Assembly (NCBI GenBank): GCA_965223265.1
Contig: OZ244999.1
Span: 2,372,957-2,436,956, forward strand
Direction of reading: 5' to 3'
DNA: 64,000 nucleotides
Source: Planctomycetota bacterium
GTDB taxonomy: Bacteria > Planctomycetota > UBA8108 > SXIK01
Below the pieces are notes generated by a model. That model searched no databases. It was given only the letters and a program-made list of their open reading frames with translations, and had not been told where the DNA came from. A program made the position numbers and the translations under genes. Every line of letters starts with the position of its first letter. Position 1 is the first letter of the stretch. Below, one piece after another: positions 26,549-36,917 of this stretch.

Positions 26549-27646
26549 ATGCAGGTGCTGTTGACACTGGACTACGAACTTCACGGCAATGGAACCGGGG
26601 ATCCGTACGACGTGATGGTGGAGCCCACCGATCGCATGTTGGCGGACTTCGACGAATTCGGCGCCGTGCTGACCATCATGCCGGATGTCCCCGCACTGCT
26701 GAAATTTCGTGAGTACGCGGAGTCGACGGGCACCGACCGGTTCTCCTACGAGAAGATCTGTGAACAACTGCGTAGAGCACTCGGCACTGGGCACGACGTG
26801 CAGCTGCACATGCACTCTAGCCGCTTCAATGCGCGGTGGGAAGACGAGAGGTGGGTGGGGGATCTCGCGGAGGACAACATCGCGGTGCTGGAGTTGGAGC
26901 GGATTTCCGAGATGCTGCGGATTGGTAAGGAATACCTTGAGGAACTCCTCACTCCGGTCGACGCAGGTTATCGCTGTACAGCTTTTCGTGCGCCAGCGTG
27001 GACTATGCAGCCGTCCAAGAACATGCTGATTGCTCTGGCGGATAACGGCTTCGAGATTGACACATCAGTGTTCAAGTACGGCAAGATGAATACGAACATC
27101 CAGTTTGATTACTCGGGCGCCGAGAGCGAAGTTGTTCCATGGCCTGCGTCTGAATCGAATGTGTGCCTCCGTGACCCTGATGGGAAGATTCTCGAGATAC
27201 CGATTTATTGCGAGAGACGTCCGATATGGACTTTTCTGACGCGTTGCCGTTTGCAGCGAGTGATGATGGCGCGGCGTTCTGCGAAGGTCGCGAAGGCTGC
27301 CGCGACCACCAACTCGGCACAACCAGGGACGACCGTGCAGTCGCAACCTCGGGCGAGTCTCGCTCAGCGTGCTGCGAAGGCCGTCTCTATGGTCACTCAA
27401 CTCCATCCGTGGAAACTGGACTTCAACCAGTGCTCAGGTCACCAGATCGTCGCTGCTTTGAAGCGAATTCGTCGTACCTACAGCGATCTCGACGTCGAAA
27501 TCCCGGTGGTGTTGATTGGACATTCGAAGCTCTACACCCATGAAAACTCTAAGAGCCTGCGGCCGTTCCTTGAATTCGTCTCGAAAGAGCCTGAGATTCG
27601 CTTCGCGGCGTTTCGTGACGTGGACGTCGAAGCGTTTCGACGCTGA
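26549..27646 (+). CDS. Polysaccharide deacetylase-like (NodB/CE4-like) hypothetical protein
   Basis: RBS GGAGG 8 bp upstream of the ATG. LTLDYELHGNG…HMHSS pattern. Assignment is tentative. Confidence 0.45.
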   Translation: MQVLLTLDYELHGNGTGDPYDVMVEPTDRMLADFDEFGAVLTIMPDVPALLKFREYAESTGTDRFSYEKICEQLRRALGTGHDVQLHMHSSRFNARWEDERWVGDLAEDNIAVLELERISEMLRIGKEYLEELLTPVDAGYRCTAFRAPAWTMQPSKNMLIALADNGFEIDTSVFKYGKMNTNIQFDYSGAESEVVPWPASESNVCLRDPDGKILEIPIYCERRPIWTFLTRCRLQRVMMARRSAKVAKAAATTNSAQPGTTVQSQPRASLAQRAAKAVSMVTQLHPWKLDFNQCSGHQIVAALKRIRRTYSDLDVEIPVVLIGHSKLYTHENSKSLRPFLEFVSKEPEIRFAAFRDVDVEAFRR

Positions 27647-27709
27647 AGAGCCCGGACGCCGCTGCGGCTGAAGGCGCGTTCAAAGGCGAGTGAGCACCGC
27701 GTTCGTCCC

Positions 27710-28438
27710 ATGGTGGACTTTGACGACTACTCGACCACGTACGATGAGGCCGTCGACCGCGGTTTGCGCCTCGTCGGAGAGTCGCGTGAGTACTTTGCCC
27801 AGGCGCGGGTTCGAGAGGTAGGGGCGACGTTAGCTCGTCATGCCTCAGACCTCCAGGTGAGGAGGATTCTCGACTACGGGTGCGGCACCGGCGAGACTTC
27901 AATGTTGCTCGCCGAGGCGCTGGACGCGGAGACAGTCATTGGAGTGGATGCATCGCAGCTGACGATTCGCGAAGCTCGACGCCGGTGCCGAGGCTCCACG
28001 GTGCGGTTTGTCACCGTCGAGGACGCCTGCTCCGAAGAGCTGTTTCAATCTCGATTCGACGTCGTTTACACCGCCTGTGTTTTTCACCACATCGATCCGG
28101 CCGAATGGCTCGTCACAGCGAAGCGACTTCACGAATCGCTGCGCCCTGGTGGCATGCTCGCTTTCTTTGAGCACAACCCTTGGAATCCCGGAACGAGGCT
28201 GGTCGTCTCTCGCGTCGAATTCGATCGCGACGCCGTACTTCTCAGTCGGCGTCGTGCGACGAGTCTCTTGCTAGAAGCGGGATTCCAAATAGCAGTGCGA
28301 CGTAGCTACTTCTACTTTCCCCGCTGGCTGTCATTTTTGCGGCGGCTGGAGTTGCCCCTGGGGCGACTTCCTTTCGGCGGCCAGTACGCGCTCTACGCGC
28401 GGCGGAGGCAGCAGGTCGATCATGCGCCTGGGGGGTGA
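27710..28438 (+). CDS. Class I SAM-dependent methyltransferase
   Basis: RILDYGCGTGETSMLL motif I. FHHID motif. Confidence 0.65.
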   Translation: MVDFDDYSTTYDEAVDRGLRLVGESREYFAQARVREVGATLARHASDLQVRRILDYGCGTGETSMLLAEALDAETVIGVDASQLTIREARRRCRGSTVRFVTVEDACSEELFQSRFDVVYTACVFHHIDPAEWLVTAKRLHESLRPGGMLAFFEHNPWNPGTRLVVSRVEFDRDAVLLSRRRATSLLLEAGFQIAVRRSYFYFPRWLSFLRRLELPLGRLPFGGQYALYARRRQQVDHAPGG

Positions 28439-28483
28439 GCGCATCGACCTATCCTAGCGCTAGCCTGACCTCTCGCTACGCAC

Positions 28484-30904
28484 TCAGAAGGCGCAGGCGT
28501 CAAACTGCTCGCAGGCGATTGGATCCTCAGTCGGGTCAACGCCGCATGCGAAGGTCGGCTCTGGTATCGCGCTACCGTTCAAGAACAGCGCTTCAAGAGC
28601 AAAGATCGCATCGCTGACGTCCATCAGCCCATCGTCGTTGCTGTCGCACGCGTCGTCACACGTCGGCAGCGTGACAAGCAGAGACTGGTCGAACATGAAG
28701 ATCAGAAGAGTGAGTGGATCCGAGATGTCGACCGCCCCGTCTTGGTTGCAGTCGCCGCGTGAGAAGCTGAACTCTGTAACCACTACCGGCGCGGAACTCT
28801 TTGAAGGAGCCAATGTTGAGCCGTCGCACGTGACGGCCGATCCTGCTGTCGGGCTTTCCACGTCGATCTTAAGACAATCAACAAACGCCAACTCGGATGT
28901 GTCACCCGGTATGAGCAGAGGCGAGGACTCGTAGACGATCGTTGCAACCTTCTGATTGGAGCCTGGCGGTAAAGCCGCGGAGAGTGGGTCTGTGAGGCTG
29001 CCCACCATGGCGAAAAGTAGCCCTGCACGGGCTTCGTCGCACTCCGCGGTGACAGGGTTGAGCATCACGTTCGCGAAGTCGGGCCCCGACCCGGAATTAA
29101 GGTCCAGCGAGATGCCTGAAGGAAAACCGTCGACCGGCATCATGAACGCTTGATCGTGAGCGATTCCGAAACTCAGTCCGATCGTGTCGCAGGTAGAGCT
29201 GAGCTCGATGTCAGCTTCGAACAGGCCGGCGTGGCCGATCTTGAGCGCTCCGGAGGCCTGGCCGGTCTCCGGATCGACTTCATACAGATTCAAACCGTCT
29301 GAGAGTAGCAGTCGATCCGGCGTGCCGATGCCCGAGATCCCTCCCGTGAGGGTGGCGAGCGCTGGGTTGGTTGCATCGATGTCGAGCGTCGAGATCACAG
29401 TGTCTGTGTCAGGATCAAAAACATGCACGTCTGCGTCGCCTGCATCGAGGATGTAGACCCTATCGTTGAGAACTGCCAGCCCTTGATAGTTTCCAGAACC
29501 GGTGGTGAAGATGTCAGCGTCGAGCACTTGTCCAGTATCAGGGTTGAGCTGGTAAAGTAAGTCCGACCCGAGTCCGTTGAGGAAGAACAGATCGCCGCCG
29601 CCGTATGCGAGTCCGTCGTTCTGTTCACTGGTGGATTCAGGTGCGGCGAAGCGATTGATTTCCGCGCCAGTCTGCGGATTCAATTCCACGATGTCATTCG
29701 TGGCGTCGACGGGGACTGCAAACAGTCTGCCCGGAAAGACGAAGTCGTCGCTCCCGAGCGCTGACAGCGGGTAGGGAAGTGCCAGGGTTCGTTTGGTATC
29801 GCCACCGCGGTCGATCACCGTCAGCTCTGCGACGCCGATTTCACCGATGAACACGTCTCCGGCGACGACAGCAAGTCCTGACACTCCGGTTGTCGGTAGC
29901 GCGATCGGGTGAGGGCTTTGCGTTGTGATCGCTAACGACGCCGGAGGGGATGACGTGTTGTGTAGAACGAGGCGTGAGTCTTCGTGGCCGAGAGTGAAGG
30001 GAATACCAGTTCCGATCGGTTCGCCGTCTGCGAGTACGCCAGTTACTCTCTCACTTGAGAAGGCGAGGTCAAAGCCAAAGAAATTCACTGTGCTGCCGGC
30101 AACGTTGCTCTCGTCGACGATCAGAGTCGAGCGAAATGTTCCTCCTTGGACGTTTAGTTCGCTGCTATCCACCTTCAGATCACCGCGGACCGTGCCGCTG
30201 GTGATCGTCAGAGCCCCGACGTCCTGCGCCGAAACGGTGAGGTTACCAGAGACGAGGACGCCACTCACGTCGATCGCGGCGCGGTTGAGGCTCAAGTTGC
30301 CAGCGACGAAGCCGCCGGTGATGGATCCGAAGCTCGGCTCGGCGCCGCCGAGAGTCACATCTCCTGTCACCGTTCCACCTGAAAATTGAAGCCCGCCGCA
30401 AAGGAGCAGAGAGCCCTCGAGAATGCCGCCGGAGATCGCGACGGATCCTGTTGACGGGATAATGTCGATGTCACCGACCATGCGACCACCACTCAGGGAG
30501 AACGTGAGTCCGTTGACAGAGTTGACGTTCCCCGTGACGTCACCGCTTGAGAGATTCAGTACGTTGAAGGATCCTGCGTCACCGATATCTCCATCGACGA
30601 TGCCTCCAGCAACGTTGAGCGTGGCGCCTGCTGGTGGAAAATTGAAGTTGTCGAAGAGCGCGCCGTCAACTGAGCCTCCAGTGACGATGTCGACGGTGAT
30701 GCCGTTGCCGGTGATGACGATTCGATCGGCGATCACTGTGTCGATGACCGTGTCGGAGCTGATCGTCACGTCAGCGTCGACAAGAGTCGCTGCCGTGACA
30801 ACCCAAACGGCTATGCAGAACGCTTGGCGGGCGAGGCGTTCGCTTGCGCGCGAAGAGCGTGACCGGTGAACCAACGCGTTCGCGTGCTTCGTCTTTCGCA
30901 ACAT
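28484..30904 (-). CDS. Large secreted beta-helix / beta-propeller protein with C-terminal dockerin-like double repeat
   Basis: About 250 aa of GGx(V/I)xGD/N repeats resembling polymorphic-outer-membrane or parallel-beta-helix proteins. YVTN-like propeller repeats follow. C-terminal GDCNQDGAVDISDPLTLLIFMF…DSNDDGLMDVSDAIFALEALFLNG. Confidence 0.65.
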   Translation of the reverse strand: MLRKTKHANALVHRSRSSRASERLARQAFCIAVWVVTAATLVDADVTISSDTVIDTVIADRIVITGNGITVDIVTGGSVDGALFDNFNFPPAGATLNVAGGIVDGDIGDAGSFNVLNLSSGDVTGNVNSVNGLTFSLSGGRMVGDIDIIPSTGSVAISGGILEGSLLLCGGLQFSGGTVTGDVTLGGAEPSFGSITGGFVAGNLSLNRAAIDVSGVLVSGNLTVSAQDVGALTITSGTVRGDLKVDSSELNVQGGTFRSTLIVDESNVAGSTVNFFGFDLAFSSERVTGVLADGEPIGTGIPFTLGHEDSRLVLHNTSSPPASLAITTQSPHPIALPTTGVSGLAVVAGDVFIGEIGVAELTVIDRGGDTKRTLALPYPLSALGSDDFVFPGRLFAVPVDATNDIVELNPQTGAEINRFAAPESTSEQNDGLAYGGGDLFFLNGLGSDLLYQLNPDTGQVLDADIFTTGSGNYQGLAVLNDRVYILDAGDADVHVFDPDTDTVISTLDIDATNPALATLTGGISGIGTPDRLLLSDGLNLYEVDPETGQASGALKIGHAGLFEADIELSSTCDTIGLSFGIAHDQAFMMPVDGFPSGISLDLNSGSGPDFANVMLNPVTAECDEARAGLLFAMVGSLTDPLSAALPPGSNQKVATIVYESSPLLIPGDTSELAFVDCLKIDVESPTAGSAVTCDGSTLAPSKSSAPVVVTEFSFSRGDCNQDGAVDISDPLTLLIFMFDQSLLVTLPTCDDACDSNDDGLMDVSDAIFALEALFLNGSAIPEPTFACGVDPTEDPIACEQFDACAF

Positions 30905-31183
30905 GTCGAGCCAGTCATTTGTTTCGTTGATGCCGCAAGACTGTCGCGCACGACTGGCGTCGCGTCATGCCTGGAACAAGCGGAGCGCGGGTCTGCGAAG
31001 ATCTTTTTGCGGCGAGAAGTGCACCCCTGACAGGCCTCTGATTGTAACCTAACGAGGGCCTCCCACAACAACTCGTCGCGCAGCAGTCGTGCGCCCACCG
31101 TCAGGCACGACTCTGCGATCGGAAGCGCGGCGAGCGACCCCGACCGTACTTCTAACGTACGACCGGCCGGGGTCGAATCTACA

Positions 31184-32818
31184 TCAGCTGTGTTCGGGTC
31201 CCGCATCGACCGGCGTGGACGTCTTGCTCCCTTTGCGAGCGACTTTTGTGCGATCCGCGCTTGCTTTGTTCGTACCTGCCGCGTCGTCTTTGACGAGCTT
31301 GCCGAAGAACTCGGGCATCTCGACGCCGCCAACGTCGCGCATGATGTTCAGCATCGGAGGGAGCGACTTGGCCAAGCCCTGAAGAAACCCGGCAGTGCTC
31401 GTTGTGCCGTTGCCATTACCGCCGTTACCACCATCCCAGACGACGACCTTGTCGAACTTGATGTTTGAGATCGCGGCCGCTGCTGTCTTCGAAAGCTCTT
31501 CGAGATGCTCGAGCATGAGCATTTGAAATGCTTCCTGCGAACCGCCGCAACCGTCGACGATCTGTTTGAGCCCCTCTGCTTTCTTCGCCAAGATCTCGTA
31601 GTTGCCTCGTGCTTCGGCCTCGAGCTTGGCGAAAATCGCAGATGCCTCTCCTTCCGCGTGAATGCGAATGCGCTCGGCGTCGGCTTCTGCGTCGACGATT
31701 TGTTTGGCCTTGGCCGCTCGTGCGACCGACTCGAGCTCGGCACGCTTTTCCTGCTCCACTTTTGATGCGAGCGCTTCCGCGGCCCGCGCTTCCGCGACGT
31801 ACTGTGCTTCGCGAACTGCTGCCTCCGCCTCGCGATGGCGGGTTTCCGAGCGCTGAAACGCATCAGCTTGCTTGATCCGCAGCTCTGCGTTCACGTCAGC
31901 TACAGTGGCTGCGGCGACGTTTTCTCCAGAGACGGCCTGGGCGTTTGCATCTGCCACTGCAATGCGCATCTGCCGTTCGGCTTCCTTCACTTGAGCTTCG
32001 CGCTCGAACGCTGCCGCCTGCTCGCCGACCGTTTTCTCTCGGTCCAACTGGGCGACGCGCACGTTCTGGTCCTTCTCCGCCTCCTTCGTACCGATTTCTT
32101 GGAACTTGTGCGCTTCCGCCACCTCGATCGCTTGAACCTTCTGCGCTTCGGCGACGCCAATCGCTCCCTTTTTGACTTGATCGGCAACGTCAATTTCCGC
32201 CTGCTGGATTGCCTCGGAAGCGGCTTTGCGACCGATCGCCTCGATGTAGCCGGACTCATCGGTGATGTCCTTGATGTTGACGTTGATCAGGACGAGACCG
32301 ATTTTTTCCAGCTCTGGCTCGAGCGACGTTTGCACGTTTTGGAGGAACTTCTCGCGGTCACGATTGATGTCCTCGATACCCATCGAGGCGATGACTTGGC
32401 GGAGCTGGCCGAAGATGATGTCTTCCGCTTGCTTCATGATGTCTTCGGTCGTCAGGCCAAGCAGGCGTATCGCAGCGTTTTGCATCGCCTCGGGTTGAGT
32501 GCCGATCGCCACCGTGAAAACGCTCGGCACGTTGACGCGGATGTTTTCGATCGACAACGCGGCTTCGAGCGGAATCTCGATCTGAATGGGGTCAAGGGAC
32601 AGATAGTCGAAGTCCTGAATCAGCGGCCAGATAAAAGCGCCGCCACCGTGGAGACAGCGAGCTGATGTTCCACGTCGAACTTTGCCGTAGACGACGAGGA
32701 TGCGGTTACTTGGGCAGCGCTTGTAGCGTTTGGCGAGAACGATGATGAAGCCGCTCATGAAGAGCGTTGCAGCGATGATGATCGCAATGGCGTATGGGTT
32801 GTTCTCCAGCCACGGCAT
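31184..32818 (-). CDS. Flotillin-like SPFH/band-7 protein
   Basis: N-terminal TM segment. SPFH core. Long Ala/Glu coiled-coil flotillin region (AEAEARAAE…). Confidence 0.8.
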   Translation of the reverse strand: MPWLENNPYAIAIIIAATLFMSGFIIVLAKRYKRCPSNRILVVYGKVRRGTSARCLHGGGAFIWPLIQDFDYLSLDPIQIEIPLEAALSIENIRVNVPSVFTVAIGTQPEAMQNAAIRLLGLTTEDIMKQAEDIIFGQLRQVIASMGIEDINRDREKFLQNVQTSLEPELEKIGLVLINVNIKDITDESGYIEAIGRKAASEAIQQAEIDVADQVKKGAIGVAEAQKVQAIEVAEAHKFQEIGTKEAEKDQNVRVAQLDREKTVGEQAAAFEREAQVKEAERQMRIAVADANAQAVSGENVAAATVADVNAELRIKQADAFQRSETRHREAEAAVREAQYVAEARAAEALASKVEQEKRAELESVARAAKAKQIVDAEADAERIRIHAEGEASAIFAKLEAEARGNYEILAKKAEGLKQIVDGCGGSQEAFQMLMLEHLEELSKTAAAAISNIKFDKVVVWDGGNGGNGNGTTSTAGFLQGLAKSLPPMLNIMRDVGGVEMPEFFGKLVKDDAAGTNKASADRTKVARKGSKTSTPVDAGPEHS

Positions 32819-32820
32819 AT

Positions 32821-33438
32821 TCAGCTCCTTTCCGTCAGTTGCACGGCGAGGGTGTCCGACGTCGTCGTCCCAACGACTGTGACCTCAGCACCCGTGGGAA
32901 TTTCCTCCCCCGAGGTCACAGCCTTGCATTCGAGGCGTCGTCCTTGCACTGAGACGATCACTTTTCCCGCTCCCGAGTTGTCCGCAGGGACAGTCAGATA
33001 GACTGTCGCGCTGCTCCCAACCGCATTGCGTAGATCCACGTTGCCCTTAGCCTCCAGCTTCGTCAGCAAAACCATCAGATAGGCCACGATGTAGAGCGCG
33101 GCGACGCCGGCAGCAATCGCAGTCAGGAGCGTCGGAATCGGTGCCAGTCCTCCAGTGCTGCTCGCGAGACCCGTGAGTCCGAAGAACGTGATGAAGGCGA
33201 CCAATGTCTTGAAGGACAGTACTTTGAACGTGGCTTGAGACTCATCACCGTCGAAATCTGAGTCGACATCGACATCGCCGTCGCCGCCGTCGCCGCCGAC
33301 GAACAGAAGCGCTGTCTGCACTACTAGAAACGTGCCACCGACCACTGCGGTGAGGAGATAGACGCTGTGCATGATCGCTTCCATGGGCACCTCTTTCGCC
33401 TGAAATATGTCTGCCTCACGAACCCGAACGAGCTGCAA
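32821..33438 (-). CDS. NfeD-like membrane protein (start uncertain: 33438, 33384 or 33372)
   Basis: TM N-terminus plus C-terminal OB-fold-like GKVIVSVQGRRLECKAVTSGEEIPTGAEVTVVGT. Lies immediately downstream of flotillin with a 2-bp gap. Confidence 0.65.
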   Translation of the reverse strand: MQLVRVREADIFQAKEVPMEAIMHSVYLLTAVVGGTFLVVQTALLFVGGDGGDGDVDVDSDFDGDESQATFKVLSFKTLVAFITFFGLTGLASSTGGLAPIPTLLTAIAAGVAALYIVAYLMVLLTKLEAKGNVDLRNAVGSSATVYLTVPADNSGAGKVIVSVQGRRLECKAVTSGEEIPTGAEVTVVGTTTSDTLAVQLTERS

Positions 33439-33611
33439 GCCCTCAATGAAACAGTCGCGTTCAGTGGCTCTGCGTTACAAGAATTGTCCAAGGGTACCCT
33501 CGCTGACGGCGTTATTCCCTGTTCTACAAGGTGTTATGCGCGTCGTCTGGTGCCCTATCAACAGCGCCTGCAAGTCGGGTCAGGCCCCCGGCGCCGCTGT
33601 GCAGTACCCTC

Positions 33612-34154
33612 TCACTCTGCGTCGCTCTGGCGTTTGAGGACGAGCAAGAACTGTCCGCGTTTGACGTCCGCAGCGAACTTCTTCGGACGCGGACCGGAAT
33701 GAACAAAGCAGATGCGCAGAGTATTCTCACGAAACTCGTAGATCCCTGCCGCGGTGGCGCGCGGGCGCGGATCGCTGCTCCGATGCTGCAGATCGATCTC
33801 CTTGGGACTTTTTCCTGAGCGAAGCGTATAGAGGAGCTTCGAGCCGATCGTGCGTTCGCTGATCGGAATGAGGAAGGTCTTGCCGTTGACGGTGGCGGTC
33901 CACTTGCCGAGGATTCGCTGGCGGTCCTTGGGGGCGGCCTGCGCCGCGGCCTTTCGCTTTGTAGGAGTCTCCCCCGCAACGGCAAGGCTAGCTGCGGTGA
34001 CGACGGCGATCAAGAGGAACGGTAAAAGGGCGCTCGCTACGACACGCAGCGTGTTCCGCGCCTCACCACGAGTTGCTGAGCGGCAGTGTCGCGCGTCCCG
34101 TCGCGCTGCCTGAGGAGGTTCTTTGGTCGCAGCGTCCGGTAGCAGCCTAGCCAT
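33612..34154 (-). CDS. Small secreted hypothetical protein (lipocalin-like GKW motif)
   Basis: ATG at 34154, 2 bp after the DUF1501 stop. Hydrophobic segment LLPFLLIAVVTAASLAVA, then GKWTATVNGK…. Confidence 0.45.
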   Translation of the reverse strand: MARLLPDAATKEPPQAARRDARHCRSATRGEARNTLRVVASALLPFLLIAVVTAASLAVAGETPTKRKAAAQAAPKDRQRILGKWTATVNGKTFLIPISERTIGSKLLYTLRSGKSPKEIDLQHRSSDPRPRATAAGIYEFRENTLRICFVHSGPRPKKFAADVKRGQFLLVLKRQSDAE

Positions 34155-35649
34155 AGATTTCTCGAATCGGCTGGCCCAAGTACACATAGTGCGGTCGTCC
34201 GGCGACGTCCTGATAGGTGGAGTTTTCCGGGATCCCAAGGGCGTCAAAGATCGTCGCGGCGAGATCCTCGGGTGTCTTCGGTAATTCTTTTGGGTGTCCT
34301 CCGATGCGGTCGGACGCACCGATGATGCTACCGCCATTGACCCCAGCACCCGCAAAGAGGACGGACTGGAGCGGTCCCCAGTGGTCTCTCCCTGGGCGCC
34401 TTCCAAGAGGTGCAGAGATGCGCGGCGTGCGGCCAAATTCGCCGGCGAGTACGACGAGCGTCTCGTCCAGGAGTCCATGTGCTGCCATGTCATCCAAGAA
34501 CGTCGACACGGCGCGGTCGGTGTAAGGCAGCAGAAAGTCTTTGAGAAGTGGGAACGCTCGACGGTGAAGATCCCACGTGCCGTTGCGTCCAAGGCTGACT
34601 TGCACCATGTTGACACCGGCCTCGAGCAGTCGGCGCGTCAGGAGAAGCGACCAGCCGAACTTATTGCGGCCGTAGGCGTCGAGGACATTCTCTTTTTCAT
34701 TGCTGAGATCCAGTGCGCGGCGCACGCGCGGCGACGTCAACAGGGAGACCGCCTGGTCGTGGAACTCGTCGCCGTGTTCTTGGCGACGTTCGGCGTTTTC
34801 GGAGAATGTCACGTGCGACTGCTCAAACGCATCGAGGAGCGAGAGCCGTGAGCCCAAGCGGCCCGGCGACAGCCCACTGGGGAGTCGGAGGTTGGGCGGA
34901 TCGAACACCGGTCCCGAGACGGTGTGACCGTGCTCGAGACCAAAGGCAAAGACTGCATCATCATCACCGTCGTTGAAGCAGTCGGGGCACGCGCCCCAGC
35001 CAAGGCAGTCCGAGGCTGCCTTCACTAACCAGGGGTCGTGTCGCGCTCCAAGTCGACCGCCAGTCTGACCTGGGGTGATGCGTCCCGAACCCGATCCTCG
35101 TCCGACGTACTCTGGAAGCACCGCTGCGCCGGGAAGTCCACTCCGTCCCGGTCGATAGTATCCCGCCAGCGCGGCGATGCCGGGTGTGTCGTTGACGTCC
35201 GGGTTTTTATCCGCCGGCGTGAGCGAGGGAACCCGCGTGTCGCCCGACACCATGATTGTCGTGCCGGCGATGTGGTCGTTGCTGTGGTGGTGGAGAGTGC
35301 GAAGGATCGCAAAGCGTTGGCTGCGCTGCGCGAGGAGCGGCATGTGCTCGCAAAGATACATCCCGGGTGTGCGGGTCGGAATGACGCCAAATTCGCCGCG
35401 CACTTCCCGCGGCGCATCCGGTTTCGGGTCGAACGTCTCGTGCTGCGGAGGGCCGCCAGGGAGGAAGATAAACGCGACGTTCTTCGGCCTGCGACGGGGG
35501 CTCCGATCGGTGGCGTCGCGGCGCGCGCGATCTTCCGCCAGCAATCGGCTGACACCGCTTGACGATAGCCCCAGAAGTCCAAGTCCACCAACCTGGAGCG
35601 TTTCACGTCGACTCAATCGCGGGTGTGCGAGTTGCGTAGGATCGTGCAT
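34147..35649 (-). CDS. DUF1501 family protein (Tat signal)
   Basis: SRRETLQVGGLGLLGLS twin-arginine motif. Sulfatase-like DUF1501 pattern. Confidence 0.75.
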   Translation of the reverse strand: MHDPTQLAHPRLSRRETLQVGGLGLLGLSSSGVSRLLAEDRARRDATDRSPRRRPKNVAFIFLPGGPPQHETFDPKPDAPREVRGEFGVIPTRTPGMYLCEHMPLLAQRSQRFAILRTLHHHSNDHIAGTTIMVSGDTRVPSLTPADKNPDVNDTPGIAALAGYYRPGRSGLPGAAVLPEYVGRGSGSGRITPGQTGGRLGARHDPWLVKAASDCLGWGACPDCFNDGDDDAVFAFGLEHGHTVSGPVFDPPNLRLPSGLSPGRLGSRLSLLDAFEQSHVTFSENAERRQEHGDEFHDQAVSLLTSPRVRRALDLSNEKENVLDAYGRNKFGWSLLLTRRLLEAGVNMVQVSLGRNGTWDLHRRAFPLLKDFLLPYTDRAVSTFLDDMAAHGLLDETLVVLAGEFGRTPRISAPLGRRPGRDHWGPLQSVLFAGAGVNGGSIIGASDRIGGHPKELPKTPEDLAATIFDALGIPENSTYQDVAGRPHYVYLGQPIREIYG

Positions 35650-35770
35650 CGCGCCTCTCCGTACTTTAGCAGCCCGATCGACTCACCACGCCACGGATTG
35701 TACGCTGACGCCGGGGGGCGATGCATCGTTTTTGTCCGTGAATCGTCGCGACCGCGCTACGGGCGTAGCG

Positions 35771-36034
35771 TGTGGGTGTGGGGGCGTGGGCGGGGCGTGG
35801 GAGTGGGAGTGGGCGAGTGCGTGGGCGTGGGAGTGGGCGAGTGCGAGTGGGAGTGGGCGAGTAGTGCGAGTGCGAGTGCGAGTGCGTGGGCGAGTGCGAG
35901 TGCGAGTGCGTGGGCGTGGGCGTGGGAGTGGGCGTGGGAGTGGGCGTGGGAGTGGGAGTGGGCGTAGTGGGCGTGGGAGTGGGAGTGGGAGTGGGAGTGG
36001 GCGTGGGAGTGGGCGAGAGCGTGGGCGTGTGTGT
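35771..36034. repeat. Hexanucleotide microsatellite (GNGNGN units: GTGGGA/GTGGGC/GTGCGA), followed by a CT-rich tract at 36035-36083
   Basis: About 44 tandem 6-mers seen directly. They encode PT/HS/PL dipeptide repeats on the minus strand and GV/WA(E)/GS on the plus strand. Confidence 0.9.
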
Positions 36035-36361
36035 CTCTGCCTCGTCATCCGTCTCCGTCTCTGTCTCTGCCCCTGTCCCTCGCGGGACTGACTCCTTCTC
36101 AGATGCGGCAAGGACAAGGTTCCCTTGTTCGTTCTCGGACTCGGAGTATGATGGCCGGAAGTGTCTGCTTGATTTCGAGCAGGTCTCCGTGCGCATCCCA
36201 CGCACGGATCTCGTCACGAGTTCTCATCACAGCGTTCGCCGACAACATGAGGCAGAAGACACGGTGACACTCTATCGAGTGGCTGTTAGCACGACTTGCA
36301 CTCCCGTTGACGCCGAGTTCGTGCGTCTGTTCGTTGGACGCCACCCGACACTTAGTCCGGC

Positions 36362-36805
36362 GTGCTCATGACGCGGCGCCGCGCAGCCTCGAGGAGGATT
36401 ACGTGGGTCGTGATGGTTCTTGCGGTGACGGTTTGTGCACTCGCGACCGTCTCTCTCCGGCGGCCGTTTCTCAAGCGCTGGTTTCTGCAGGAGTTTCGGA
36501 GCGCTGAAGGGAACGCGCGAGTCGTCGCTGCACGCAATCTGGCGAATGTCGCGGGTGTTGGAGACCTGCGAGAAGTTCTGGCTGCCACGGCCGCCCTGCG
36601 AGCCCACGATGCCGCTGCGGGACGGTATTGCGATGGCGATTTCTTTGGGCCGCTTGCAGCATTCGTCAAACCAGCCGAGCGCGCGTTCGCGATCGAGACG
36701 CTGAACGAAGCCCTTGAAGACGGGGATTCCAACGTTCGTTTCGCAGCTGCGCACCTCATTTGGAATCTGCTTTCGTCGCCGAGCTCGGTGCACGGGGCCG
36801 ATTGA
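36362..36805 (+). CDS. Small membrane-anchored HEAT-like hypothetical protein
   Basis: N-terminal TM segment WVVMVLAVTVCALA. ARM/HEAT-like DSNVRFAAAHLIWNLL. It competes with an Arg-rich antisense ORF. Confidence 0.4.
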   Translation: MLMTRRRAASRRITWVVMVLAVTVCALATVSLRRPFLKRWFLQEFRSAEGNARVVAARNLANVAGVGDLREVLAATAALRAHDAAAGRYCDGDFFGPLAAFVKPAERAFAIETLNEALEDGDSNVRFAAAHLIWNLLSSPSSVHGAD

Positions 36806-36917
36806 GGTCCAGGAACAGTCCCCGTATGAGCGAAGTCCGAAGCCCGAGAAAGTCCGTTGTCAGCGGTAGAGATGCGAATCTGTCGCTCCCTGCGACGGAC
36901 GCTAGCGCTAGGCTCTA

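Noticed and set aside
35666-36217. Calling the PT-repeat minus-strand ORF a real secreted linker protein
   Set aside because: No signal peptide. The translation is driven by the microsatellite and all six frames are open across the repeat. It is kept only as a finding, not as a CDS feature.
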